Assembly (NCBI GenBank): GCA_009914755.4 | Contig: CP068257.2 | Span: 16,352,001-16,416,000 of the forward strand | DNA: 64,000 bases | Direction of reading: 5' to 3' | From: the human T2T-CHM13v2.0 reference genome, Homo sapiens | Shown: positions 1 through 10,518 of the stretch, piece after piece | How the letters are laid out: each line of letters begins with the position of its first letter | Numbering within the stretch: position 1 is the first letter of the stretch | Position numbers and translations under genes: made by a program | Notes under the pieces: generated by a model | Database searches by the model: none | What the model was told of the DNA's origin: nothing | The model's input: only the letters and a program-made list of their open reading frames with translations

Positions 1-100
1 TGCTATTGGTGTATAGAAATGCTTCTGATTTTTGAACATTGATTTTGTGTCCTACAACTTTCTTGAATTTGTTTATCAGTTCTCAGAGTTTCTGGTGGAG
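1..100 (-). mobile_element. L1 (LINE-1) ORF2 reverse-transcriptase-region fragment, antisense; continues after the Alu at 327
   Basis: Reverse-complement similarity to L1 ORF2 mid-region (tttgaacattgattttgtgtcctacaactttcttgaatttgtttatcag ~ L1 gcacattgattttgtatcctgagactttgctgaagttgcttatcag). Confidence 0.65.
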
Positions 101-326
101 TTTTTTTTTTTTTTTTTTCAGACAGAGTTTCACTTCTGTTGCTTCAGCCTCCCGAGTAGCCGGGATTACAGGCATGCACCACCACTCCCAACTAATTTTG
201 TATTTTTAGTAGAGACGGGGTTTCTCCATGTTGGTCAGACTGGTCTGAAACTCCCGACCTCAGGTGATCGCTTGCCTCAGCCTCCGAAAGTCCTGGGACC
301 ACAGGTGTGAGCCACGGCGCCCGGCC
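101..326 (-). mobile_element. Alu SINE (minus), inserted into the L1 fragment
   Basis: 18-nt T-run (antisense poly-A), then gagacagagtttcact...cctcccgagtagccgggattacaggcatgcaccaccactcccaactaattttgtatttttagtagagacggggtttctccatgttggtcagactggtctgaaactcccgacctcaggtgatc...ggcgcccggcc = full Alu in reverse complement. Confidence 0.95.
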
Positions 327-584
327 GAGGGTTTTTATTTGTATATAAAATCATGTCATCTGCAAAGAGGGACAATTTTACTTCCTCTTTTGCAATTTGA
401 ACACCTTTAATTTCCTTCCATTTCCTCGTCTGGTTAGGACTTCTAGTACCATGTTGAATAAAAGTGGTGAAAGTGGGCATCCTTGTCTTGTTCCAGTTCT
501 TAGTATTTTCATTTTTTTCCCATTCAGTATGATATTAGCTGCAGGTATTTCATACGTGGCTTTTATTATTTTGAGGTATGTTCT
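327..584 (-). mobile_element. L1 ORF2 RT-region fragment, antisense, continuation of 1-100
   Basis: aaatcatgtcatctgcaaagagggacaattttacttcctcttt...ccatgttgaataaaagtggtgaaagtgggcatccttgtcttgttcc...ttcccattcagtatgatattagctg matches antisense L1 ORF2 (RT) consensus collinearly with 1-100 across the Alu. Confidence 0.75.
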
Positions 585-1590
585 TTCTTTTTTTAAAATT
601 TAAATTTTAAGTTCAGGGATACATGTGCAGGTTTGTTATATGGGTTAACCTTTGTCATGGGGGTTTGTTGTACAGATTATTTCATCACCCAGGCATTAAG
701 CCTAGTACCCATTTGTTATTTTTCTTGATCTTCTCCCTCCTCTCACCCATCACCCTCTGATAGGCCCCAGTGTCTGTTGTTCTCCTCTGTGTGTCCCTGT
801 GTTCTCATCAATTAGCTCTCACTTGTAAGTGAGGACATGTAATATTTGTTTTCTGTTCCTGTGCTAGTTTGCTAAGGATAATGGCCTCCAGTGCCATCAT
901 GTTCCTGCAAAGGACATGATCTCATTCTTTTTTATGGTTACATAATATTCCATGGCAAATATGTACCACATTTTCTTTATCCAGTCTATCATTGATGGGC
1001 ATTTAGGTTCATTCTATGTCTTTGCTATTGAGAATAGTGCCACAATGAACATACGTGTGCATATGTCTTCAGGAAAGAATGATTAATATTCCTTTGGGAA
1101 TATATCCAGTAATGGGATGGATAGGTAGAATAGTATTTCTGTTTTTATGTCTTTGAATAATCTCCACACTGTTTTCAACAATGATTGAACTAGCTTACAC
1201 TCCCACCAACAGTGTATGATCATTCCTCTTTCTCCAGAACCTTTTTCTAGACTTTCCAATTTGTTAGCATATAGCTTTTCATAATAGTTTCTAGTGATCC
1301 TTTGCTTTTCTGTGGTATCAGTTATAATGTCTCCTTTTTCATTTCTGATTTTATTTTTTTGAGTCTTCTTTCTTTTTTTCTTGGTTAGTTCAGCTATTGC
1401 CTTATTGATTTTGATTATTTTTTCAGAACACTAGCTTTTCATTTTGTTAATCCTTTATATTGTGTTTTAGGTCTCTATTGAGTTCTGCTCTGATCTTTAC
1501 TATTTGTTTTCTTCCTCTAATTTTGGGTTTTGTTTCTTCTTGTTTATCTAGTTCCTTGAGGTGCTTTGTTAAATTGTTTATTTGAAATCT
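585..1590 (-). mobile_element. Older primate L1 (L1PB/L1MA-like) 3' end, antisense: poly-A remnant, 3'UTR, ORF2 C-terminus, then an ORF2 mid-region piece, with internal deletions
   Basis: tttttttaaaatttaaattttaagttcagggatacatgtgcaggtttgttatatgggt...catccatgt/cctgcaaaggacatgatctcattcttttttatgg...cccaccaacagtg = antisense L1 3' terminus; 1380-1590 matches the antisense ORF2 region upstream of RT (ttcagttctgctctgatctttactatttg...). Confidence 0.75.
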
Positions 1591-3240
1591 TGGGCTCTGG
1601 CAGTGTTAGTTCTGTGTGAACCAGTCCTCAGGCCTGCAGCAGCATGCTTGGGTACAGGTGGTGACAGCGATGGGCTGGGGTGGGCTGCTACTTAGGCCTT
1701 CTGGTAGTGTGTATGTCTTCAGTAATGGCAGTAGAGGGAGCAGGCCAATCCTCAAGTCCTCCAGCAGCATGTGTGGTCACCAGTGCAATGTCATGCTAGG
1801 AGGACCAATTCCCAGGCACTTGGGTGGGTCATGTGAGAGGGCACTGGTGGCAGTAGAGGCAGGCTTGGTGGGTTAGTCCTTGGGGCTCTGGGAGGCATGC
1901 ATGTGTGCCCACAGGCCTGTGGATGGCCCACACGTGTCCTGATGGTAGTGGACTGAGAGGTCTAATTTCCAGGCCCGTGGAGGTTGTGTGTGTATGCACT
2001 GGCAACGGTAGTCAGGGCAGCTTGATTTCTAGGCTTCTGGATGATGTGCGTCAGTGACAGCAGTGGCAGTGGCAGGTGGGACAGACCTGTCCTCAGGCTT
2101 CCAGATGGTGTGTGTGGGTGCCGATGGCAGAAGGCAGGGTTCAACCCCCCAGGTAATGTGTGTGGTATGTGGGTGCCAGCAGTGGCAGTTAGTAGATTGA
2201 GCCTGTTTGTAGGTCCTGGGACAGCACATGTAGGTATGCGAGGACCCTGCCACTGGAGGGGGATGGGGTTACTGGAGTAGGTGGGTTTGCTGTCAGTGTC
2301 AGTGGACCCAGGCTCTGGGGAGCAAATACTTTGGCTTCCTTTGTTTGTGGGGCAACCTCGCTGGTGCACTGTACTGCCCATTCTCCAGGATGTAGGGCAC
2401 TGCATGGGCCAGAGTGCTAGGGACCTGATCGCACCCCTTGATCCAGACAGCGTCATGATGCTGCAGCCCTCTGGGTAGCCACAGAGGGATGTCACCAAAG
2501 CTCCCAAGATTTGGAAATTCAGGGCCTGTTGGGACGCAGGGCAGGATATGGTCTGGTGGGGACTGGGCTCTCAAAATGGTGCCATGCTGTAGCTGCTTGG
2601 GTCATGGCACAAACTTCCTCTGGAAAAATGTCTTCTCATGGATTCCAGGCAACTGTCTATATTAGTCTCAGGATATGTGAGGGCCATGGGGCTCTCCTGT
2701 GGCTAGGATTACAGGAGTCTGCCATGGGAATGTAGACTGCTGGGGCCTTTTTGCTTACATTTTCCCCAAAATGGGGAGTGCTTTCTCACTCTGAGCTTAT
2801 GCCAGCCAGGCTGGCTATTTCACTTTCATCTCCTTCTGTGCTTCAAGCACTCCCTGTCACTTCCCTGCTGAATTCCAGTGTTCTCTCTCAGGTGCTCTAT
2901 TCAGCATGTGGTTATCTACTTGCTGTTTTGGTCCTTCTTTGTGGTGGAGGCAAGTGCCAGATGTCTCTTATCAGCCATCTTGAAGCTGGTCTCCATATTC
3001 TTAAATGATACTAAACAACAATCCCATCTCTTGTGCAGTTAGGTTCCTGCCTTTGCTGTCACCACCACCTTAATTATCTCTAACTGTACCTACATCTTTA
3101 GGTCACTTCCTTCATATTTAGAGTCTTGCTGAAGAACACTGGATCAGTCAGAACTGGGTTTAATGCCTGTGGCCTAACTGCTGGAGTATTGAGAGAAGGA
3201 ATCAGTTCTTTCAACCTCTGGAGTAAAAAGTGTAGCCCCA
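1591..3240. other. Unclassified segment; first ~700 bp has degenerate ~120-130 bp tandem periodicity (cctcaggc[ct]t[cg]cag...gtgtg...tggcagtag units); possibly a diverged L1 5'-region remnant or another old repeat
   Basis: Recurrent cctcaggcctgcagcagcatg / cctcaagtcctccagcagcatg / ctgtcctcaggcttccagatggtgtgtg motifs at ~1625, ~1750, ~2090; directly abuts the antisense L1 at 1590. Confidence 0.3.
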
Positions 3241-4898
3241 AATCTCATTTACTTTTGCAGACCTCCAGGTGAGATGAAAGTATCTCCTACATCTGTATTT
3301 GATCCATTTTGTATTCTGGCTAAACCTACTTTTTCAATATGATCACTCAATTATCTCACCCATGTATCCTGGGCTTCTGTTGAACTGAATGACTTGCTAT
3401 TTCTTGTATATGTTATGTGGCATCTGATTGAGTGACTTTTGACTCATCATTTATTTTTTTTTTTGCAAAGGCTCATTTTACCTATGGTCACATGCTTCCC
3501 ATCCTTGAGCGTCTAACTCAAATGCAGTCAGTTATATTAAGGTTATCATGTTCCCCAAGACAGAACATTATTCTTTTTGATAAGATCAAATACCTCCTGT
3601 TGGTAAATTGAAGTTTCAATGTAAATTATAGTCTAAAGAATAGGGAAAACATGAGGCTACAGTGAAGGTAGTCAACCAAGAGAGGAAGAAAAACTAAATA
3701 ATAATGTTTCTCCTTCAGAAATCTGCACCTTTCTTAGGTACTTGTGAACATGCTGTATCCTTGCCTCTGGACTTATACAGCTTGAGGGCATGAACTGTGT
3801 CTGATTATCTTGGACTCCTCTGCAGGTCTCAGTAGAGTGGGTTAACAACTGCTCAGTCTAGTGAAGAAGGCAGCCAAATATATGAAGATGGAAAACAGTC
3901 TGCTAAGTGGCATCACATAAGTAAGAAACTCAGTGGGGATGCCAAAAAGGGGAATCAAATGGACTCTCCGGAAAATCATCTCAGAGGGATTTGACCTGGA
4001 AATTAAAGGATAAATGTATTTTTGCCAAGCTGCCAAGGTAGTAGAGGGGCTAAGTGTTTAGATTTTATCTTGAATATGAAAAGGAACTTTTTAATAATAA
4101 ACACTCTTCAACAAAGACTGAAGTACCTCATGAATTTATAGACCTGAAGGTGTTTAATCAGAGGCTGGTTGACTATTTTTGCAGAATTTATGGAAGAAAT
4201 TCATAAACTCTTTGGATGAAACCTATGAGAAACCTGAAAATTTTAAATTTATATGATTCCTATCATAAAATTCTATGAGGGTAAAGATTAAACATGATTA
4301 GAGAATTTTTATTAGCTAAATACATATTACTTTAAAAATTAAAACCATTTATTTAACTAGTAGAGAAACATACATTTTATTCTGATTTTAAAAAAAACAT
4401 GAAAAATCACTTTTGTCACCAGAACATTGAACAAATAAGACTACCAATGATAATTATAAAGCAACTTTAATTTTATTTCCCACCTTTCTTTTAAGTTCAT
4501 AATATGCGATTAGTTACTCTGCTTCTCCTGGAGAAATTCTCATGTTGCATTTGTCTTCCAAATAATCTCTTGAATAACTGGTATGTCTAGATATGTGGAA
4601 TAATCAAAACTTTAATCTTAATATAAAGTCAAAGCTGCAATCCAAAACCTGTATGGAGGGAGACAGGGCATGGCCAGCTTTCCTTCCTCCTCACTTTGGC
4701 TTCTGCCTTTTCTCTGTCTTCTTGCTGTGTGTGTTTCTGATTCCTCCAGGGACTTGCCAAAGATGGGAGCAAGAAAGGCCATACTAGGCTAGTACTGCTA
4801 CGAGCCAACATCAACATTCCCTGGGCTTGGCAGATATTGGAAAATGACTCTTTTGTTGTATTATATGGAGATGGGTAGTAGATTCTATGTAGACCTTG

Positions 4899-7191
4899 TG
4901 TATTAGTTCATTTTCATGCTGCTGATAAAGACATACCTGAAACTGAGAAGAAAAAAAGGTTTAGTTGAACTTACAGCTCTACATGGCTGGGGATGCCATG
5001 CCTCAGAATCATAGCGGGAGATGAAAGGCACTTCTTACATGGTGGTGGCAAGAGAAAAATGAGGAAAAAGTGAAAACGGAAACCCCTGATATGCCCATCG
5101 GATCTCCTGAGACTTTTTCACTATCATGAGAATAGCACAGGAAAGACCAGCCTTCATGATTCAATTATCTCCCCCACCCCTCCAGCCCCTCCCACAACAC
5201 GTGGGAATTCTGGGAGATACAATTCAAGTTGAGATTTGGATGGGGACACAGCCAAGCCGTATAATTCCACCCCTGGCCCCTCCAAATCTCATGTCCTCAC
5301 ATTTCAAAACTAATTATGCCTTCCCAACAGTCCCCCAAAGTCTTAACTCATTTCAGCATTAACTTAAAAGTCCACAGTCCAAAGTCTCATCTGAGACAAG
5401 GCAAGTCCCTTCCACCTATGAGCCTATCAAATGAAAAGCAAGCTAGTTACTTCCTAGATACAATGGGAGTACAGGTATTGGGTAAATAGAGCTGTTCCAA
5501 ATGGGAGAAATTGGCCAAAGCAAAGTGGTTACAGGGCCATGCAAGTCTGAAATCCAGTGGGACAGTCAAATTTTAAAGCTCCAAAATGATCTCCTTTGAC
5601 TTCAGGTCTCACACCCAGGTCATGCTGATGCAAGAGGTGAGTTCTGATGGTCTTGGGCAGCTCCACCCCTGTGGCTTTTCAGGGTACAGTCTCTCTCCTG
5701 GCTGCTTTCATGGGCTGGCATTTAGTGTCTGTGGCTTTTCCAGGTGTATGGTGCAAGCTGTTGGTGGATCTATCATTTTAGGGTCTGGAGGACTGTGGCC
5801 CTCTTCTCACAGCTCCATTAGGTGGTGCCCCAGTAGGGAACCTGTGTGGGAGCTCTGACCCCACATTTCTCTTCTGGACTGCCCTAGCAGATGTTCTTCA
5901 TGAGGGCTCTGCCCCTGCAGCAAACTTTTGCCTGGGCATCCAGGCATTTCCATACATCTTTTAAAATCTAGCCGGAGGTTCCTAAACCTCAATCCTTTAC
6001 TTCTGTGCACCCACAGGCTCAACACTACATGGAAGCTGCCAAGGCTTGGGGCTTCCACCCTCTGAAGCCACAGCCCAAGCTCTACGTTGGCCCCTTTCAG
6101 CCATGGCTGGAGCCTTGAACACAGAGCACCATGTCTCTAGGCTGCATACAGCTTGGGGACCCCGGGCCCAGCCCACAAAACCACTTTTTCCTCCTAGGCC
6201 TCCAGGCCTGTAATGTGAGGGGCTGCGGTGAAGGTCTCTGACATGGGCTGGAGATGTTTTCCCCATGGTATTGGTGATTAACATTAGGCTCCTTGCTACT
6301 TATGCAAATTTCTGCAGCCGGCTTGAATTTCTCCTCAAAAAATGGGTTTTTCATTCCTACTGCATTGTCAGGCTGCAAATTTTCTGAACCTTTATGCTGT
6401 TTCCCTTTTAAAACAGAATGCTTTTGACAGCACCCAAGTCACCTTTGAATGTTTTGCTGCTTAGAAATTTATTCTGCTAGATAGCCTAAATCATCTCTCT
6501 CAAGTTCAAAGTTCCACAAATCTTCAGGGCAGGGCAAAATGCCACCAGTCTCTTTGCTAAAACATAACAAGAATCACCTTTGCTGCAGTTCCCAGCAAGT
6601 TCCTCATCTCCATCTGAGACCACCTCAGCCTGGACCTTATTGTTCATATCACTTTCCGCATTTTTGTCAAAGCCATTCAGCAAGTCTCTAGGAGGTTCCT
6701 AACTTTTCCACATTTTTCTGTCTGCTTCTCAGCTCTCCAAACTGTTCCAACCTCTGCCTGTTACCCAGTTCCAAAGTCACTTCCACAGTTTTGGGTATCT
6801 TTTCAGCAACACCCCACTTTACTGTTACCAATTTACTGTATTAGTTTGTCTTCACACTGCTAATAAACACATACGTGAAACTGTGGAAAAAAAAAGGTTT
6901 AATTGCATTTTCAGTTCCCCATGGCTGGGGATGCCTCACAATCATGGTGGGAGATGAAAGGCACTTCTTACGTGATGGCAGCAAGAGAAAAATGAGGAAG
7001 AAGCAAAAACAGAAACCCCTGATAAAAGCCATCAGATCTCATGAGACTTATTCACTATCACGAGAATAGCATGGGAAAGACCAGCCCCCATATTCAATTA
7101 CCTCCCACTGGGTCCCTCCCACAACACATGGGAATTCTAGGAGATACAATTCAAGCTGAGATTTGGGTGGGGACACAGCCAAACCACATCA
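4899..7191 (-). mobile_element. Full-length THE1/MST-like MaLR LTR retrotransposon (antisense): LTR ~4899-5265, internal ~5266-6836, LTR ~6837-7191; 5-bp TSD CCTTG/CCTTC
   Basis: Both ends read tgtattagtt...ctgctgataaagacatacctgaaactg...acagctctacatggctggggatgcc...ccctgat...catcggatctcctgagactttttcactatcatgagaatagcacaggaaagaccagcc...ctcccacaacacgtgggaattctgggagatacaattcaagttgagatttgg(a/g)tggggacacagccaa.ccatatca = reverse complement of THE1 LTR (tgatatggtttggctgtgtcc...). Flanks are ccttg (4894-4898) and ccttc (7192-7196). The two LTRs are ~85% identical. Confidence 0.85.
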
Positions 7192-7618
7192 CCTTCCTTC
7201 AGCCAGAAAATCTCTCATCTGCAGTTTCTTGACATGGTTTGTCAGTCTCCAGCTTGGTCGTGTGTGAAGATGTACACCAACCTCTCTGAGCCTTTTAAAG
7301 TTAATTTTTTTTAAATCATGCTCAAGATGAGGAGAGAAATACTCTTCTTTCTCCATAGTAAAGAAGAAATAAACAGCTGCAGCACTCCAACAATATTTTT
7401 CCAAAGAAATTCTCTCTCAAATATCTAGTTTCAACTTCTTAAACACTTAAAGCGATTGCTAAAATAAGAGTTGCAAAATTGGGCTTTCGCTGTCTGTTTT
7501 TCAAATATTGTTATATTTTGATGGTCTGGCAATTCACTTCAGAACATGACTGTAATCAATATTTCTGACTTAGGGCCTCAGTCATAACTGAGGCTGAGTT
7601 CTAATTTAATAGCTGTTT

Positions 7619-7670
7619 ATGTTAGGACCATCCTAACTTTGTAGTGAAAGGATGATCCTTTCACTACAAA
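7619..7670. repeat. Two adjacent perfect hairpins/inverted repeats
   Basis: gttagga-cca-tcctaac (7-bp stem, 3-nt loop), immediately followed by ctttgtagtgaaagg-atgat-cctttcactacaaag (15-bp perfect stem, 5-nt loop). Confidence 0.7.
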
Positions 7671-7865
7671 GGTGAGATTCCCTAGATGCTTGCTAAATGC
7701 AAAGAATAATGTCACAGGCTTGTTCCTTGCCTTGCATAAAATATGTAACTATGATAACACTTTAATGGTGTTATAATTGTAAGATATTTTGGAGTTGGGA
7801 GTGCTCTTCTGCCCATCTTCCTAGTTTCCTGAAGTCCTGTATGAGCTTTGATGACGATAAGTTGC

Positions 7866-8049
7866 TTAACTGGGCCAGATATCTAATTAGCTATTAATTG
7901 CCACTCCTGTTTGTGTCTCTTGTTCTAGTAAGTCACTTTTCTTCCCCCACCTATACTTTTACCATGACATTGTTTAAATAATGGAAACACATTAGTTCTT
8001 CGTCTCTTGTGAACTTTAAAAACTTCCTTGGGTCATAAGAAAAAAGGCT
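7866..8049 (+). repeat. Copy A of a dispersed ~180-bp direct repeat (partner at 9365-9521, ~80% identity)
   Basis: taactgggccagatatctaattagctattaattgccactcctgtttgtgtctcttgttctagtaagtcacttt...aactttaaaaacttccttgggtcataagaaaaaaggct vs taaactgggccacatatctaatcagctgtttattgctgcccgtgtttgtgtctgttccagtaactcacttt...aactttaaaaacttcctttgggcataagaaaaaggct. Confidence 0.65.
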
Positions 8050-8982
8050 TACCTGATTTTCCAAAAAGTGTTTCTCCTTGTTCCATGCAGGAAGGGCTTC
8101 TTTAGCATCCCCACACTGGTAATAAATTATTAAAGGGGTCTCATATGGACCTGCTGACAGCACTGTGATAAATACTCATATTAATTATAAAAAATAACAG
8201 TGGTCAAAAATTCAAAGTTCAACATGACTTTCAGAACAGCTTTTTCTTTTTCTTTTTTTTTCCTGAGATAGGTTTCAAATTTCAACACTGAACTTTCCGA
8301 AAAACAGACTGCAACTTGATCCTAAAGATTAGTTTAGCACACTCTACTTTTTACCTTTGTTTTTAAGGAGAAAAAAATGGAAGAAGCTCATCATAATCAT
8401 GATCATCTAGTGTGAGATATACTCAGAGTCCAGGATAGGCCAGGTAGGAAACCAGGGACTATTTCAAACACTGGGCATGGGCCATCCTATGTAACATGGG
8501 ATGTGGGTGTGGAACCACAGGACTTGAGGCCAGAGACCACAGAACAACTGCAGGGTTAAGATAGGGCAGGGTCAAAAAAGAAAGCAAGAAAAAGAGCCAA
8601 ATGACTTCTAGACTATAGCTGAATTGAAAACCAGAAGACATTTTCAGTTAATGAGGGCGGAGTGTATGAGAACAAGGGTCACCCATTTCAGGGAATTTTG
8701 AAAACAAGTTGATAACATGCCAGACTTTGGTCTTATTGGTCTTGCTGCTTCCATGGGGATGTTTCCTGTGAGTGTGTTTAAAGGGCCCACAGGGCTCTAG
8801 ACAAATGGTCCATAAGGATGCCTTTCTTTTTGTTATAAATACAGTGTAATGGCATGCCTCATTTGCCAGTTAAAAGTCATAATGGCTTATTCAGATCCAT
8901 CATGCTAAGGATTACTCAGGGACTGTTGAATAGACACATGTTTCTGCTGCCAGAAAATACATTTAGTCCCCGTTTACACTAT

Positions 8983-9130
8983 ATTACATTGTTATATGTT
9001 GCTTCTTCGTGAGTTTTTTTAAAAAGCCTAGGTAAGGAAGAGAGAGAATTCATGCATATTACATTGTTACATGTTGCTTCTTCACAAGTTGTTAAAAAGG
9101 CCTAGGTAAGGAAGAGAGAGAATTCATGCC
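8983..9130 (+). repeat. Tandem duplication of a ~74-bp unit (2 copies), followed at 9151-9172 by a 22-nt T-run
   Basis: tattacattgttatatgttgcttcttcgtgagtttttttaaaaagcctaggtaaggaagagagagaattcatgca | tattacattgttacatgttgcttcttcacaagttgttaaaaaggcctaggtaaggaagagagagaattcatgcca. Confidence 0.85.
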
Positions 9131-9364
9131 ATACGTTGGCCTCATCCTCTTTTTTTTTTTTTTTTTTTTTTTAATTTCCCACAATCCTGTTACCATAGTC
9201 CATGTCGTCACAAAAGAAAAGCCTAGGCAAAGTTAGTAAATATAAAATAGGTTACTTTTGAAGAAAATATCTGGATATAGTCTATTTTCCATGTGTAGAA
9301 TAATAAATCAATGGGTACCAATTTTCACAGTAAAGCTATCTGAATAATTAAAGTTTAGCTTTTC

Positions 9365-9521
9365 TAAACTGGGCCACATATCTAATCAGCTGTTTATTGC
9401 TGCCCGTGTTTGTGTCTGTTCCAGTAACTCACTTTTTATTCACCTGTACTTTTGTCATGGTATTGTTCAAATAAGGGAAAATAAAACTTTAAAAACTTCC
9501 TTTGGGCATAAGAAAAAGGCT
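9365..9521 (+). repeat. Copy B of the dispersed direct repeat (partner 7866-8049)
   Basis: See copy A; same orientation, ~1.3 kb apart. Confidence 0.65.
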
Positions 9522-10217
9522 GGAAAACAATACATCATAAACATAATGCATCAGTTTATGATTCTATCCACTTGTTTTATGGACATGTCAAGTTATGTGA
9601 ATTAAATGATTAAAACTTAATACTGACCCTAGCTATTTATTCTTCTTTAAAAATTATATTTGCAAGCTGCTACTGAAGCCAGTGTAGAAATGATTCCTAA
9701 CAGATAGAATCCCAGTCTTAAAAGATGTCACAAAGAACTGGGTTCTAATTTCCTTCCATTTTCTCTTAGTTCTAACCTCATTATAATTTTTATATTTCAA
9801 ACATACTTCTCTCTTTAATTTTTTAAAAACATTTACTTTTAATTTTAAACCTTTTTGTCACATGCTGGCTTTGAATGGATTCCAGTGAGATAGCTGCTCT
9901 GAGACATACGAAGTATATGATTCATCCTGATTTTGAAGCAGGATATCTCCAGGTGGTGTTGAGCTAGTTCTCTATGAGCATATCATGAGTAGTTTAGCCC
10001 TCAGGAGTACATATCTCCACCTTAGCCCTAGCCCTAGCAGACCTCATCAAGCCCCATAGCCTCATGGAGTGGAAGACGCCTCCTCACTTCCACTCTGAGC
10101 TGTTTACAGGGATCATGGAAATATGGTTTGATGGACAGAGAGGCCTTCTGGGAATTAATGACACTGGTGCTTGTAGGATGGATACACTCTTCACCTGGGG
10201 ACAGAGTCCAAGAGCCC

Positions 10218-10518
10218 GGCCGGGCGCTGTGGCTCACGCCTGTAATCCCAGCACTTTGGGAGGCCGAGGCGGGCGGATCATAAGGTCAGGAGATCGAGAC
10301 CATCCTGGCTAACACGGTGAAACCCCGTCTCTACTAAAAATACAAAAAATTAGCCGGGCGAGGTGGCGGGCGCCTGTAGTCCCAGCTACTCGGGAGGCTG
10401 AGGCAGGAGAATGGCGTGAACCCCGGGGGGCGGAGTGTGCAGTGAGCCGAGATCGCGCCACTGCACTCCAGCCTGGGCGACAGCGAGACTCCGTCTCAAA
10501 AAAAAAAAAAACAAAAAA
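10218..10518 (+). mobile_element. Alu SINE (plus), near-consensus AluY/S-like, with poly-A and ~8-bp TSD CAAGAGCC
   Basis: ggccgggcgctgtggctcacgcctgtaatcccagcactttgggaggccgaggcgggcggatcat.aggtcaggagatcgagaccatcctggctaacacggtgaaaccccgtctctactaaaaatacaaaaaattagccgggcg...gcctgggcgacagcgagactccgtctcaaaaaaaa; ccaagagcc is present on both flanks. Confidence 0.95.

Noticed and set aside
1962-2507. 181-aa minus-strand ORF (plus overlapping ORFs on both strands) as coding
   Set aside because: Falls in the degenerate tandem-repeat segment; several mutually overlapping ORFs on both strands is the signature of GC-rich repeat DNA, not of a gene.
9151-9172. 22-nt T-run as a Pol III terminator or regulatory element
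   Set aside because: No upstream Pol III gene (tRNA, U6, 7SK, Alu box A/B) in the right position. More likely an antisense poly-A remnant or a slippage-expanded homopolymer.
10218-10518. GC/CpG-rich 300-bp block as a CpG-island promoter
   Set aside because: It is a near-consensus Alu (CpG content intrinsic to young Alus) with TSDs; same for the CpG-rich stretches at 101-326, 20999-21311, 35801-36104.
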